The notes below the pieces were generated by a model that was not told where the DNA came from, searched no databases, and saw nothing but the letters and a program-made list of their open reading frames with translations. Shown in pieces: positions 49,361 through 62,200 of a DNA stretch of 64,000 bases. The number at the start of each line of letters is the position of its first letter. The first letter of the stretch is position 1. Origin of the DNA: Scenedesmus sp. PABB004 (Eukaryota); assembly GCA_014905635.1 (NCBI GenBank), contig JABVCE010000028.1:310001-374000 (forward strand), read 5' to 3'. The position numbers and the translations under genes are program-made.

Positions 49361-49688
49361 GCAGCACTTTGCGCAGCAGCAGCTTGCGCAGCTCCTGCAG
49401 CTGCAGCAGCAGCAGCAGTGGGCGGCGGCACCGGGCGGCAGCACGATGGTGCTGTCGGCGCCCGTGATGCCCGCGGCAACCCGGGCGGCGGCCGCGCCGG
49501 GCGGTGACCCCGCCGGCTGGCTGCCCGCGCAGGCGCAGCCGGTGACCTCGCCCACGGCAGGCGCCGTGCCCGGCGGCGGCGCGCCCGGCGACGGCGCCAT
49601 GGCGGGCGTGCTCAGCCTCGAGCAGGCGCTGGCGCTGCTGCAGCAGCAGCAGCAGCAGCAGCAGGGCGGCAGCTGCCAGCATCAGTAG
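47918..49688 (+). CDS. Tandem CCCH zinc-finger protein (plant RR-TZF / unkempt-type) with polyQ tail; 4 exons including a 10-nt microexon
   Basis: YTSDDFTMYYFKVLR|CPE|KCPHVWQECPFTHHSERARRRD, CPRGDACSSSHNTFESWLHP, YRTQLC....TCARRMCFFAH. Exons 47918-48153, 48274-48283, 48400-48587, 48698-49688. Confidence 0.9.
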
Positions 49689-51040
49689 GACGGCAGCTGC
49701 CAGCAGCAGGCCTGGGTGTCGCGGTGCCCGGCTGGCGGCCGGACTTGCCGCGTGCGGAGCGCTGGGGACGTGCTTTGTCCGCCGAACCTGCATGCCGACA
49801 GGACTGCAGCCCGGCTCGTCCATCACTTGAGCACACACACAGTGCTCTCCAGCTGAGCGCGACGCGCACATTCATGCCCGGCTCTTGCCCGGCGTGTTGT
49901 TGTTGCTTTCGCACTGCATGCAGCTAGGGGCGTGGCATGTGTTGGCCGACACCTCCCCCGGTGCGGCGGGCTAGTCATGTGGCGGCAGCTCTGAGCACCG
50001 CCCGCCACTGCGTCGCTGCGGCGCACCTGTGCGGGCTGCTTCTGGTCGTGGCTGATTGAGTGAACGGCGCGCCGCGCCGCTGTTTGACGAGCGTTGACGA
50101 GTGCCTGTTTGATGCCACGGCGGGCCTTCACCGCCCCGCCGTGAGCTTGCGTGCGGTTCACGGCTGCTCTTGTGTCGCCTGCTTGCGGGTCACAGCGTCG
50201 CCTCGTCTGTCTCCGTCCTGTGTCCGTGGTAGGTTGGCGGTTCAACGCTTGCTGCGCACAAATCAACGGCGCGTGTGCGCCCTGGCAGGCCTCACCGAGC
50301 CCGCTGCCCCTGCCGCTCCATCCAATAACAGTGTCGGTCCCGCGGGGGCGGCGGGCACGGCCCGCCAGAGGGCCGCGCGGCGGCGGCGGCCAACGATTGC
50401 TCGCATTGCTGCTGATTGCTCACTGCCTGCGCCGCGCCGGCTGTGCGGATGACGCCGGGGGAGGGGGGAGCGGGAGGGCTCAATGCACGCGTTTCGTGCT
50501 TGTGTTGCTGTCGTCGATCGATGATGATGACTCTCTGCCTCGTGGCCGCGACGGCGCCACCGCTGCCGCTGATTGCGCGCGCGCCGGTGCTCAACGCTGG
50601 TTTGTTTGGTGAGACCACTGTTTCGTGCGGGGGCGGCCCCGCCCGCGGCGCGTGAATTGGTGCGCCGCGCGGGCGGGGCTGCGGGGCGAGTGACGCGTGT
50701 CGGCGCGCGTGGGCCGCCGCTCAAGTGTGTTTTTGCCCGCTCGCGCTCATCTGTTGCCAGTCTGTTGTCCTGTTCGCCACCACCTCCGCGGAGGTTTGGG
50801 AGCCGACACGGTCGGCGACCGGCGTGCGCACAAGCGGTCAACGCGGCGCCGTCATCTCGTCTCCCCGCCGACGAGCCGCCAGCATCCGCAGCGCGCTGGC
50901 CGCCAGCCAGCGCGCGTGCGGGACGACGCAGCAGCGCCCTTCCCGGCGCCGCAGCCCGCCGGCGCGGCAGCGCAAGCAGCACAGCGCCCGGCTCTGCAGC
51001 CCGCCGGCGCGCGATCGGCCGGCGATCAGCGCCTTCCCGC

Positions 51041-54000
51041 ATGCCCCCAGATGAGGAGCGCGCGCGGTGCGTGTGTTTGTGATGAGCGGGGCCACCTCGC
51101 TGCCCGCACACGCTGCGTCCGCCGCCGGGGCGGGCGCCGCCACGCTCGCCGCCGCGCCCGCAGTGCGCCCGCCGCAGGCGGCCTCCGCGCTGCCGGGGAC
51201 CTGCCCGACCCTGTGGCGGGTCGCGGTGGAGGAGCGGATGAGCCCGGTGGAGCGCAGCTCCCCGCCGCGCCGCCGCTTGGCGCCGCCAGCGAGGTGCTGA
51301 GCGGCCGCAGCAGCAGCTCCGGCCTCAGCCTGCACCTCCCGGCCTCGCTGCTGGCGGCCTGGGCGCCGGCGGCGAACAGGGCCGCTCCAGCCAGGGCGGC
51401 CAGCCCTGACCGCCAGGCGCCGCGACGGCTGACGCTGGAGGAGCGCCTCCTGCTGGCGACGGAGCTGCTCAGCGGCGGGGGCGACCTGGATGCCGCGCCG
51501 CCACAGCCCAGCGGCGCGCGCGCGGCGGAGGCGACGGCGGCCGAACGCAGCGCTGAGCTCAGCGCTGCGCTCGAGCGGGCTCCGTCGCCGACTGGCTCGC
51601 CGTTCCGCCCAGGCTGGTTTGATGGCGACGCGTTTGCCCAGCTGAGGCTGCGCTCACAGCCCAGCCTCGCGGGCGGTTGCAGCCCCGACGACCGCCGCAG
51701 CTCGCGCGAGGCGGGCGGCGGCGACGCGGCGGAGGGCCGGCTGCTGCACGACCGCAGCACGCAGGACTCACTGCCGGACGACCCGGACGCGCCGGAGTCC
51801 ACGAGGGGCGACGACGCGTCGCTCGCGGAGCAGCTGAGGGCGGCCGAGGTGAGGCGCGCCCAACACGCTGGCGGGCCGCCGCGCGCCGTGCACGGCGCCA
51901 CGTGGCCGCGCTCGACCGCCCGCGCGCGGCTCACTGGCGCTGCCGCGCTGCGCCGCGTGTGCGTCAGGAGCTGCTGCGCAAGCACGGGCTGCTGGACGCG
52001 TTCCGAGCGCGCGTGTGCGCGGCGCAGGCGACCGACGCAGCGCTTGCGCCCGCGCCCGACGCGGCGCCCAGCTTTGGCGGCTTTCCCGCCCAGCCGCAGC
52101 GCGGCGACAGCCAGCCGAGCGCGCCCGCGCCGCTGCTGGGCTGGCTTGTCCCGCGCCGCACGCCGCGGGGCGGCGCGGCGCCGGCGCGCCCGCGCCCGAC
52201 GCCGGACGCCGCGGCGGCGCCGGTGCGCGGCCCGCGCCCGCTCGTCACGCGCTGGTCTCCGGCCGCTTGCGTGCTGGCGATTGCGTACCTCGCTTCCACG
52301 GCGTACTACTTTTACGTCCGCGTCGCCACCAGCGCCGGCCTGGGCCCGCAGCGCTGGCGCGTGCACGCGCAAGAGGCGCCGCGCGGCGCGCGGTGACAGC
52401 GCACGCGCGCTTGCGCGCGCGCCGGCGCGCGCCGACCGCCGCCGCCACCGCCTCCGCCGCCGGGGCGCAGGTATGGGCTCACCGTGCTGGCCGTGGAGGC
52501 CCTCGGCGTCAGCAGCATGCTGCCGTGCGTGGCGCCGCGGGCCGGGCCGCGGGCCGGGGTGGGCGCAGGCCCATGCCACCGAGGTCCGCGCGCCGCCTGC
52601 CGTGCGCGCCACGCTCCCGCGCCGCCCCTGCCGCCGCGTCGTCCGCCGCCGCCGGCGCGGGTGCCGCAGGTACGCCCTGATGCTGCTGCGCTACACTGCG
52701 GTCAACCCCCAGCGCAGCGAGTGAGACCAGCCTGCGCCGGGCCACGCGCGCGCGCCGCGCGGGCCGGGGCGCGCCCGGGCGCCCCGCCCGAGCTGCAACC
52801 GCCGCCGCCACAGGGCGCCGGCCGGGCCTCAGGCGCTGGAGGCCAAGCCGTTCCACGTGCGCGTGCTCGTCCCATGCTACAAGGCGCGGCCGCCGCCGCA
52901 GCCGCCGGCCTGCCGCCCGCGCGCCTGTGCGACGCGCGCGCGGCTGCTCTCGTCGCCCCTCCCGCCTCCCCTTCCCGCCGACCCTCCTTTGTTTCCTTTA
53001 CCTCCTGTCACCGCCGCCAGGAGGGGCTGGCCATCATCATCGCCACGGTGCGCGCGGCGCTGGACGCGGAGCTGCCGCCGGGCTGCGCCCGCACCGTGTA
53101 CCTCTGCGATGACGGCGCCGCCGAGGACAAGCGCGCCTGGGCGGCGGGCGTGCCGGGCGTCGTGTGAGGCCGCCAGATGCCGCCGCCGCCGCGCGGCGCT
53201 GCGCGCCGTGCTGCGGCGCGCGTGCTGCGCGCGCGCCTCGCGCCCGCGTGCCCCGCGCGCCTCGCGCCTCGCGCGCCTCTCATTCTCCGCCCGCCCGCCC
53301 GGCGCGGCGGCGCAGCTACGTCTCTGGCCGCCCCCGGCGCGCCGGGGAGGTCAACGGCAAGAGCGCAAACCTAAACCACTGCCTCACCAGCGTCATCTAC
53401 CCAGGCGCCGGCGCCGGAGGCCCGCCGAGCGGCCCGGACGGCATCCCGCCCAGCGAGCTCGTGGCCGTGTTTGACGCCGACATGGCGGCGCGGCCCAGTT
53501 CTTCAACCGGGTGCGTGCGCAGCGCCCGCGGCGCGGGGCGCGGGGCCAGGCCGAGGCGCGGCTGCGCCGCGCAGCACGGCGCGCACCCCCACTGCACGGC
53601 GCGCACACCCACCGCCGCCGCGTCTGTGCACCAGGTGCTCGAGGTGATGCGGGACGACGACGTGGCGCTCTGCCTCACGCCCCAGGCGCGCGCACCACTG
53701 GTTTGGCGCGGCCACGCTCCCCCGCCGCCCGCGCGGCTTGAGCTTGCCAAGCCGCGCCCGCCGTGCCGCGCGCCGTCGCTTGCCTTGCTCGCAGTCGTTC
53801 CACAACGTAGACCACAGCAGCGACATCTTCAACCACGCCAACCCGCAGGTGACTGACGGCTGGCTGGCCTTGTGGCTCGCCGGCGCAGCAGCCGTTGCGC
53901 CGGCGACGGCCTCGGTCGTCAGACGCCCGACGCCCCGCCGCCCCGTCCGGGCCCGCCGCCGCGCGCAGTTCTGGGAGCTGGTGCTGCCCGGGCTCGACGC

Positions 54001-57000
54001 GCTCGGATACGTCGCGTGCACGGGCACGAACGTTGTCCTCCGCGCGCGCGCGCTCGCGGCGGTGCGGGCACGCTCCGCCGCCCGCGCAGGCAAGCACACA
54101 GCACGCACCCGCCGGCTTGTCAGTCCCGCACGCCGCCGCCTGCACTGCGCCGCAGGTCGGCTGGTTCCCGACCTGGACCATCACCGAGGTCGGTCGCGCA
54201 GTGCAGCTAGCTGCCCCGGCAGCGCAGCCGCGCCGCGCGCACGCCGCGCCCAACCCCGCCGCCGGCCTCCCGCCCGCCCCCCCCCCCCATCCTCCCTGCT
54301 CCCTTCACACCACCCTCGCTGCCGCCAGGACTACGCGCTGTCGATGCTGCTCAAGGCTCACGGCTTCAAGGGGCGCTACCTGCCTGAGTACCTCGCGGTG
54401 AGCAGAGACCACACTGATGATGTCATTCCGCGGCAGAGCTCAGCGCCGAGGCCCTCGCGGGGCAAGCGGCCGCCCCGCCGCCACCTCCGCGCGCGCCGCG
54501 CCGCCCCGCCGCCGCGCCGCGCCGCCGCGCCGCGCCCGTGCAGGTCGGCGAGGCGCCCGAGGAGGCGCGCGCGGTGATGCGGCAGCGGTCGCGCTGGTGC
54601 AAGGGCCACATGGAGGCCTTCTTTTCGCGCGCCCACTGCCCGCTGCTGCTGCGCGGGCTGGGCCCGCTGCAGCGCGTGCTCTACTTGAACGGCACGTGGG
54701 CCTATTTTTCGACGATCGCAACCAGCGTCACGTTCACGCTTGTGCCCTGCGTCTCGCTTGTCTTGGGCTGGTGCGCGCGCCAAGCACCCTCAACCCACGC
54801 CGCCGCGGCCGCCACGCAGGCGGCGCACGAACGCGGCTGGCGCAGCGCGCGCGGCGGGCCCGGGCGCGCGCGCCTGATGCCGCCCAGGACGCGCACCGCC
54901 CCGCCGCCCCGGACGCCGACGCCGCCGCCGCAGGCACCCGGTGGCGTTCAGCCGGCGCTTCGCGGCCGCGAGCAGCGCCTACCTGGTCTGCGGCGCCGCG
55001 CTCGGCGGCTGGGTGCGCCACCCGCGGCAGAGCCGGGGCATCTGGCTCAGCGGTGTGAGCAACCAGCTCCTGGCCTTCACTTACGCCAAGGCCGTGGTCA
55101 ACGTGCTCCTGTGAGCGGCGCGCCGAGGGCGGCTGGCGGCACACCGCGGCGCGGCGCGGCGCGGCGCGCGGCTCACGGGCGACGCGCCGCGCGCCGCAGC
55201 GCCAAGGCGGGCCTGAAGGCGCGGTCGGGGTTCAAGGCGACCGTCAAGAAGCAGCTCGTGCCGCTCGTGGCGGTCGTCGCGCGTGTCGCCGCGCTCAGCG
55301 CCGCCGCCGGCCGCGCGCTCAGCGCGGCCTGGGCGGGCGCGCGGCCGCCGCGGGCGGCGCCGCGGCGCGCGCGCGGAGCAGCCTCGCGCACCGGCTGTCG
55401 GTGGCCAGCGGGTGCGTGTGGCGGGGCGCGGCTGGCGCGCGTGCGCGGCGGCGGCGCAGCCGCAGCCGGGGCTCATGGCCTAACCGCCACCGCGCGCTCG
55501 CAGGCCGCCCGGCGACGGCGCGCCCAGCCTGGCGCCCAGCGCGGCGCCCGGCGCGGCGCCGGGCGGCAGCAGCCAGCCAGGTGGCGGCGTGGCCCCGCCG
55601 CCGCACCCCGGCGCATGCCGCTCCAGCGGGTGGCCAGGCCTCTTCAGCCCGCGGGCCTCCGCGCTCGCGCCCGGCCGGCCGGACCGGCAGCAGCAGGCGC
55701 CGCTGGGTGCCCAAGCCGGCCGGCAGGCCTCGCCGCAGGGCGAGGCGGGTGGCGGCGTGCGCGGCTCTCGCGCGTCGGCGGGCGCGGCGCCGGCGGCTGG
55801 CCGGCCGCACCATCACTCATCGCTGGCAGGCCACCTGGCGCCGCTGCAGGAGGGCTCAGTGAGCGGCGCGGCGAGTGGCGCCGCCGTCGCGGCGGCGGCG
55901 GTGACGGCCGTGTGCCGCCGCCCGGGGCCGCGCCGGCACCGCGTGCTGGCCGGCGCGGCTGTGCGTGGGCTGCCGCGCAGTGGGCCGCGCTCGACGGCTC
56001 CCTCGACCCCCTCGCCATCGGCCTCGGCCTCGCCATCAGCCTGTGCGCGATCGCGGCGGGCGTGCAGCAGGCGGTCGCCAAGGGCGCCTCGTTCAGCCTC
56101 GCCAGTGCCAGCAGCGTCGCCAAGGCGCGCCCGCACGGCGGCGCGGCGCACGCGCCGTGCGCCCCTCCGCGTCGGCGCGCGCGCCCGCCTGAGCCGCGCC
56201 CCGCTGCTTGCCGTCGCCCTTGTCATGACCTGATCGATCAGGTCTTTTCTACTGGCCGAATGGATGCCTTCATGCTCCTCGCCATGCTCTGGGTGGGCGT
56301 CAACGCCATCCCGCCGAGTGCGCGCGGGGGGCGCGGGGCAGCGCGCTGCCGCGCGCGCCGGCGCCTGCGGGAGGCGCGCTGCCGCGGTGGCACGTGCGCG
56401 CCGCGCGCGACGCCCCCGCCCCCGCCCTCCCGCCCCCGTCCGAGGCAGCCCTGTTCCTCATCAGCTTCTTCAGCAAGGGCCGGCCGCTGCGCTGGGCGGT
56501 CGCGGCCGGGCAGGCGCTCGCCCTGGTGCTCGCGGCAGGTGGGCCGCGCGGGCGCGCCGCACCTGTCTGCACCGCCGCCGGCTGCGCGCTGCGCCGGCGC
56601 GTGGATGCCGCGCACCAACCTGCCGCGCCCGCAGCCGCCATCGGCGCGCTGTGGATGCTCATTCCCGCGGAGCTGGACGGCGCCGCGCTGCGCGGCATGC
56701 TGGGCAGCGCGCTGGCCTTTGTCGACGCCATGCGCAGCGGCCCGGACGCTCTGCCGTCGGCAGCGGCCGCGGCCTTCCCCTGGCTGCGCGTTGGCACCGG
56801 CGGCGGGGACGCCGTGCTGGGCGGATTTTTCGTTGATGCCACGTACGTCAAGCACGGCCCGCCAATGGCCACCGCGCTCTCGCTGCTCGCGTGGAGCGTC
56901 GCGTCCTTCCCGGCCGGCTTCCGGGAGGCGGGCGTGCACGCGCAGGCCCTGGACGCGCTCGTGCACGGCGCGAAGCACCTCATCGCTGCCCACATCACGC

Positions 57001-59086
57001 CCGGCGCGTTCGTCGTCCAGGCGCGCGCGCGCGCGCCGGCCGCGCCCGCGCGCACGCGCTCACCGGCCGCACAGCGTGCCGCCGCCGGCGCGCTCTGGCC
57101 CAGCCCGGCGGCCCCCAACGGGAACCCGGGGCGCAGGTGGGCAACCCTGCCGACTATGCGATTGACTCCGCCACCGGCACCGGCAGCTGGGGCGAGCCGG
57201 ACTCGATGCCGACTGACCGGTGCGCCCACCGCCACGAAGCGCCAGGCTGCACCGGCGCCGCGACCCGGCACGCGGGCTGAGCGCCGGCGCGCGCCGCCCG
57301 CCGCGTGCCGCGTGCGGCAGGGCGGCGCGCGAGGTCACCAACTCGAGCTCCGGCGGCGCCGACGCGCTCGGCGCGGCGCGGCCGCGCGCTCGCGGCCGCC
57401 GCGCACGTGCTGCGCGCCGAGCGCGGCGCGCTGGCCGAGGCCGCGCTCTCGCACGCGCGGCAGCTCTACGCGCTGGCCCTCGCCCCGCAGCTGCAGGGCA
57501 GCTTCTGCGGCGCGGTCGCGCCCTGCGCCGGCACAACACTGCCGCAGGCCGACCCTCGCGGCGGCGCCGCCGCCGCCGCGGGCGCGGGGCGGGGGCGCCG
57601 GCGCCAACGCCCGTGCCCTGGGTTGCGCACCCCAGCGACTCCTGGTTCGACGACCTCGCCTGGGCGGCCGCGTGGCTCCACGTTGCAACAGGTCAGATAA
57701 GGCGCCTCGCGCACCGCTGCAGCCGCACGCGCTCCGCCGCCTGCCGGCGCGCCCACCACGCCGCGCACGGCCGCCGGCCGCCGGCCGCCGCGCCTCCGCA
57801 GGCTCGGCGTCGTACCTGGGCGACGCGGAGAACCACTGGCGCCAGCACCTGGCCCGCGAGGCGTCGCTCGGCGAGGCGGCGGGGTGGTGGCTGCCGCGCG
57901 CGGACAACATCGGACCCGCCGCGGGTGTGCGGGCGGCGCCGTTTGGGGGCGACACCGCCCTGCCGGGCAGCAGATGCCAGGGGTCATCCAGAAAGCCTGC
58001 CCCCCTCCTCCGCCCCGCCCGCAGGTGTGCTGCTCATGCAGCTCCTGCCGGACGCGCCGCGCCACCGCGAGCTGCCGGACGCGATGCTGCGCGGCTGGAT
58101 GACCGGCCGGGTGAGCGCGCGGGCGGGCCGCGCCGCGCCGCGCCGCGCGGCCGGCCGCCGGCGCGCAGCGTGCGTGCGTGCGAGCCGCGCCCCCACCTCC
58201 GCCGCCGCCAACCCCCGCCGCCGCCGCCGCGCCCGCAGAACAACTGGACCGCCGGCATCACGCGCCCGACGCCGCGCGGCTTCCTGTGGACGCCGTCGGG
58301 CGCGCCCGCGCACACGGTGGCCGCCGCGGGCATGCTGGCCATGCAGTGGGCGGCGGCGGCGCCCAGCGAGCGCGGCGGGCTGCGGTGGCGCGCCGTGCAC
58401 GGAGCGTGCAGTGCTTCGCGATGCGGCAGGTGCGGCGGGCGGCCAGGCGGGCGGCCCCCAGCGGCCAGTGAGCGCGCACGGCTGCGGAGACCGTGCGACG
58501 TGCGGCGCGCGACGGCATGTCGGCGCCGCCCGCCTCGCAGCTGGCCTCCCTGGTGGGCGGCGCCATGGGCGACGGCAGCAGCTTCATGGTTGGCCACGGC
58601 CCCTCGCCACCTCGGCGCCCGCACCACCGCCAGGCCAGCTGCCCCGCGGACGGCAGCGCGTGCACTGTCACGAGCGCGCTGCTGACCAGTCTGCCCAACC
58701 CGCACCAGCTCACAGGCAAGTCCACCGCCCACCCAGGAGGCCTCTCAGCAGCCGCGGCGCCGGCAGCTGAGGGCCCGCACGCCCCCGCCGCGCGCAGGCG
58801 CGCTGGTCGCCGGCCCTGCTGCGGACGATGGCTTCGCCGATGAGCGCGCCAACACCGAGCAGTCCGGCATCAGCCTCGTCGGCAACGCCTGGCTCGTCGG
58901 ACTCCTGGCCGGCCTGCTCGATCGCGGCATCACGGCGGCGCGGTGCCAGGGCGGCCAGGGTGCGGGCGCCGGCGGCACAGCGCCTCCGCCGGCGCGCGCT
59001 GGCTGGCCCCGACCTCGAGCCGAGCCCCGCCGCCGCCCTGCGCAGGGCTGCTGCAGAGCGTGATGAGCTCGAGCTTTGCGCCCTGA
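51041..59086 (+). CDS. Processive GT2 beta-glucan (cellulose synthase-like) synthase fused to a C-terminal degenerate GH9 domain; about 25 exons
   Basis: GT2: VPCYK|E, YLCDDG, NGKSANLN, FDAD, LTPQ|SF, CTGTN, ITE|D, QRSRW, FKATVK. GH9: ALAFVDAMRSG, GGFF...VKHGPPMA, VVQ|VG, WGEPDSM, DDLAWAAAWL, TPRG, SFMVGHG, PHHR, NPHQLT|GALVAGP. Stop at 59084-59086. About 4 apparent indel slips. Confidence 0.8.
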
Positions 59087-59227
59087 GCGCCTGGCGGCCG
59101 CCCAGCTCGCGGCGCTTGCATGCGGCGCGGTCCGTCGACGCGTCGCGCGCGCAATTGCCCGACAGGGGTGTTAACGCGCTCCCTCGGCGCGCCGCGCGCG
59201 CGCCCCGCGCCAGCAGCAGCTACCGCC

Positions 59228-62200
59228 TCACAGCCGCAGGCGGAAGCCGAACCGCGCCAGCAGGTGCGCCTGCACGCCCGCAGCGAGCGCGGCCGCGGAG
59301 GCGGCGAAGCGCGGGCGCGCCGCGCCCGCGGCCGCGGACGCGCGCAGCAGGCGCTGCACGGCCCCCAGGTCCGCATCCGCGCGCGCCGCCGCCCACTGCG
59401 CCAGATACTCAGCAAGCACAGCCAGCTTGCGCGCGGCGCCGCCGGCGTCGTCGCAGCCGCCACCGGCCTCGTCGCCGCCGCCCACGGGCGCGAGCGCGTC
59501 CAGCGCCGCGCTCAGCGCCGCCAGGACGTTGGCGAGCGGCTCGTCGGCAAAGAGGGTCTGCTGCGCAGCGAGGCGGCCGCCAGGCACCGCCGCGCGGGCC
59601 TGCTGCTCCGTCCGCCCGCGCGCCCCCGCCGCGCCGCCTGGGCCCGCCGCCGCCGCGGCCAGCCCGCCGCTCGCCGGCGCGGCGCTCGGCGGCAGCCGCC
59701 GCGGCTTGCCGACCAGCGCGGCGCGCAGCTCGCGCTGCAGCTCCGCCGGCAGCTCAGCGAGCACGGCGGGATCGACCTGGTGGAGGTGGGTCAGCACCTC
59801 CGGGCGCTGGGGCAGCCTGTGCACGCGCGCCGGCAGCGAGCGGGCAGGGAGCGGGCAGCGGGCGCCGCCCGACGTGAGCGCGCTGCGCACGCGCAGGTCG
59901 GGGCGCGTGCGCATGCCGCGGCCGCCGCCGCCGCGGCCCAGCCCGGTCAGCCCCACTCACCGCGTGCTCGGCGCACCCTGCCGGCCTCGCTTGTCGCCCA
60001 CGAGCGCCAGGCTGGTGCCGTAGCTGCTAAACTGCCGCTGCTGCTGCGCCTTGCCGGCAGGCCGCCGGCCGGCGCCCACCGCGGCTGCAGGCCTGCCCCT
60101 GATGCCGCCGCCGTGCTGCACTGGCGGCTGCCGCTGCTGCGGCCGCCGGCTGCCGCGGTCGCCGCCCGGTGAGGCGTTGGCGCGGCCGGCGCCCGCTGCA
60201 CCAGCTGCGCCCGCCGGGCGCTGCTGCTGCTGCTGCTGCTGCTGGTGGTACTCAGCCTCCAACTCCTTCCGGACCGATGGCGGCAGCTCCGCCAGCACGT
60301 CCGGGTCGAGCTGCGACAGCGGCGGCAGCGCCGCGACGGGCGCGGCGGCGCCGGCAGCCCGCCAGCATCGAAGAGAGCCCGCTTGGCGGGCGGGCTGCCT
60401 CCGGCCGCGGCGCCCGCCAGCGCGGGGTCGGTCTCTGGCGGCGAGGCGTCCAGCAGGTCCGCCAGCATGAGCACGTCTGCCTGCGAGGGCGACTGCCGCG
60501 GCGAGGCAGCGCCGGCGGGGCTGCTGGCGCCGGCCGGGCTGCCGCCGGCCGCCGCGAGGTGCGCGGGCAGCGCCGCCCGCGCCTGCTCCTCCAGCTGCTG
60601 CTGCCGGGCCGCCAGCAGGCCCTCCAGCGTGCGCTGGTCGCCCACAGCGGCGGGGCTGGCGCCGGCGGCCCGGCGGCGCTTGGCAGGCGTGCCGGCCTCG
60701 CCGCCCGCCGCGGCCTCGCCCGAGCTGGCGGGGCGCTTGCCCAGCTGCCGCTGCTCGTCGCCGCCCTCGGCATTATTCTCGCCGGCCGCCTGCTCGACGG
60801 TCCCTGCGCCCTGCTGCTCCTGCTGCTGCTTATTTGACTCCTGCTGCCCCACCAGCCAGCCCGACTGCTTCTGCAGCGCCGTCAGCCACGCGGGCTGGCG
60901 GTCGGGGTTGAACACGCCGTGCTTGGCGGGCGCCACCTGGCGCGGCGGCGGCACATGAGGGCGTGCTCGTGTGCCGCTGCGCTGTGCGGAGGCGCCGCCA
61001 GTGCAGGGGCCCCCGCGCCGCACCTTGGCTGGCGCCGGACCGGAGGGGCGCGCCGAGAGCGAGGCGGCGTCGGAGTCGAGCTTCGACACCTGCGGCGGCC
61101 GGCCACGGCGTGTCGGGCGGGCCTCAGCGCCCGCGCTCACTCGGCCTGCCGCCCGGCTCGCTGCCGAGGGCCGCCGCGCCATGCTGGGCAGGGCCGGGCC
61201 GGGCCGGCAGCAACGCCCAAGGCGCACCGTGATGCCGACGCCGCGGATCTCCGGCGCCGGGATGCGCATGGCAGCGAGCAGCCCCGCCGCCTGGTCGTAC
61301 AGCTCGCCTGCGCGCGGAGCAACAGCAGCGGCGCGGCGGTGAGGCAGGGAAGCCCCGCGCGCGCGCGCCGCTGGGGCGGCAGCGCGGGCAGCGCGCCGCG
61401 CAGCGCGCGCGCCGCCGCACCCGCGCCGGCGACGAACCGCCCGAGCGTGACGCTGCGGCTGAGGTTGTCGCACACGCCGTGCCCCAGGAACTTGGCGGGC
61501 TCCGGCGCGCCCGCCTGGCGGCGCTTGATCTTGAGCGTGATGCACCGCCCCCGCACGCCGCCGCCGGCGAGGCGCGCCGCGACCTCGCCGCACAGCTCCT
61601 GCGCGCGGGCGCGGGCGCGCGGGGCGGGGCGGGGCGGGGCGCGCCGCGGGCTGGGCGGCCGCGCGCGTGTGCGCCGGCACGGGCCCCGGGCGGGAGGCCT
61701 CCTCGAGAGGGGGCTGCTTGGCGGCGGGCGGGCCGCACAGCCGCGCCGCCGCCGCGGCGCGCGTGCCTTGAGAAAGGCCTGTGCGTCGGCGTCTGCCGCG
61801 AAGCGCACGCCCCAGTTGACCTCCGCGCCGACGCTGCGCCGCGCGCGCGGCGGCTCGACGCGCCGCTCGTCCAGCCCGTGCGCGTGCGCCCACAGCGACG
61901 CGCCCGTCTGCGCGCCCAGGCGGCGCATCAGCACCTCCTTGCTGCTGCTCCACACCTGCGCGCCGCGCGCGGGCGGGCGCGGCGGCGCGGCGCGTCGCGG
62001 CGCGCCCGCGTGCTGGCCGGCGGCCCGACCGCGCCTGCCTGGCCTTGGCCCGCCGGCCTGCGCGCCTGCCAGCTCCCTGCCGCCGCGGTGGCGGGCGCAC
62101 CTGGCGCACGTGCGTGATGCCGAGCTCAGCGAGCTTGCCCTTGAGACTGTAGCCGACGCCAGGCAGCTCCCCGACCTCCAGGTCGCCCAGCACCTGGCGC

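Noticed and set aside
50521..50572. C/D box snoRNA (ATGATGA...CTGA)
   Set aside because: Too short, no terminal stem or recognisable guide; the C box is part of a (GAT)n run.
51041..56600. Bacterial contamination or recent transfer of bcsA
   Set aside because: Many spliceosomal introns and host-like composition; no PilZ motif seen.
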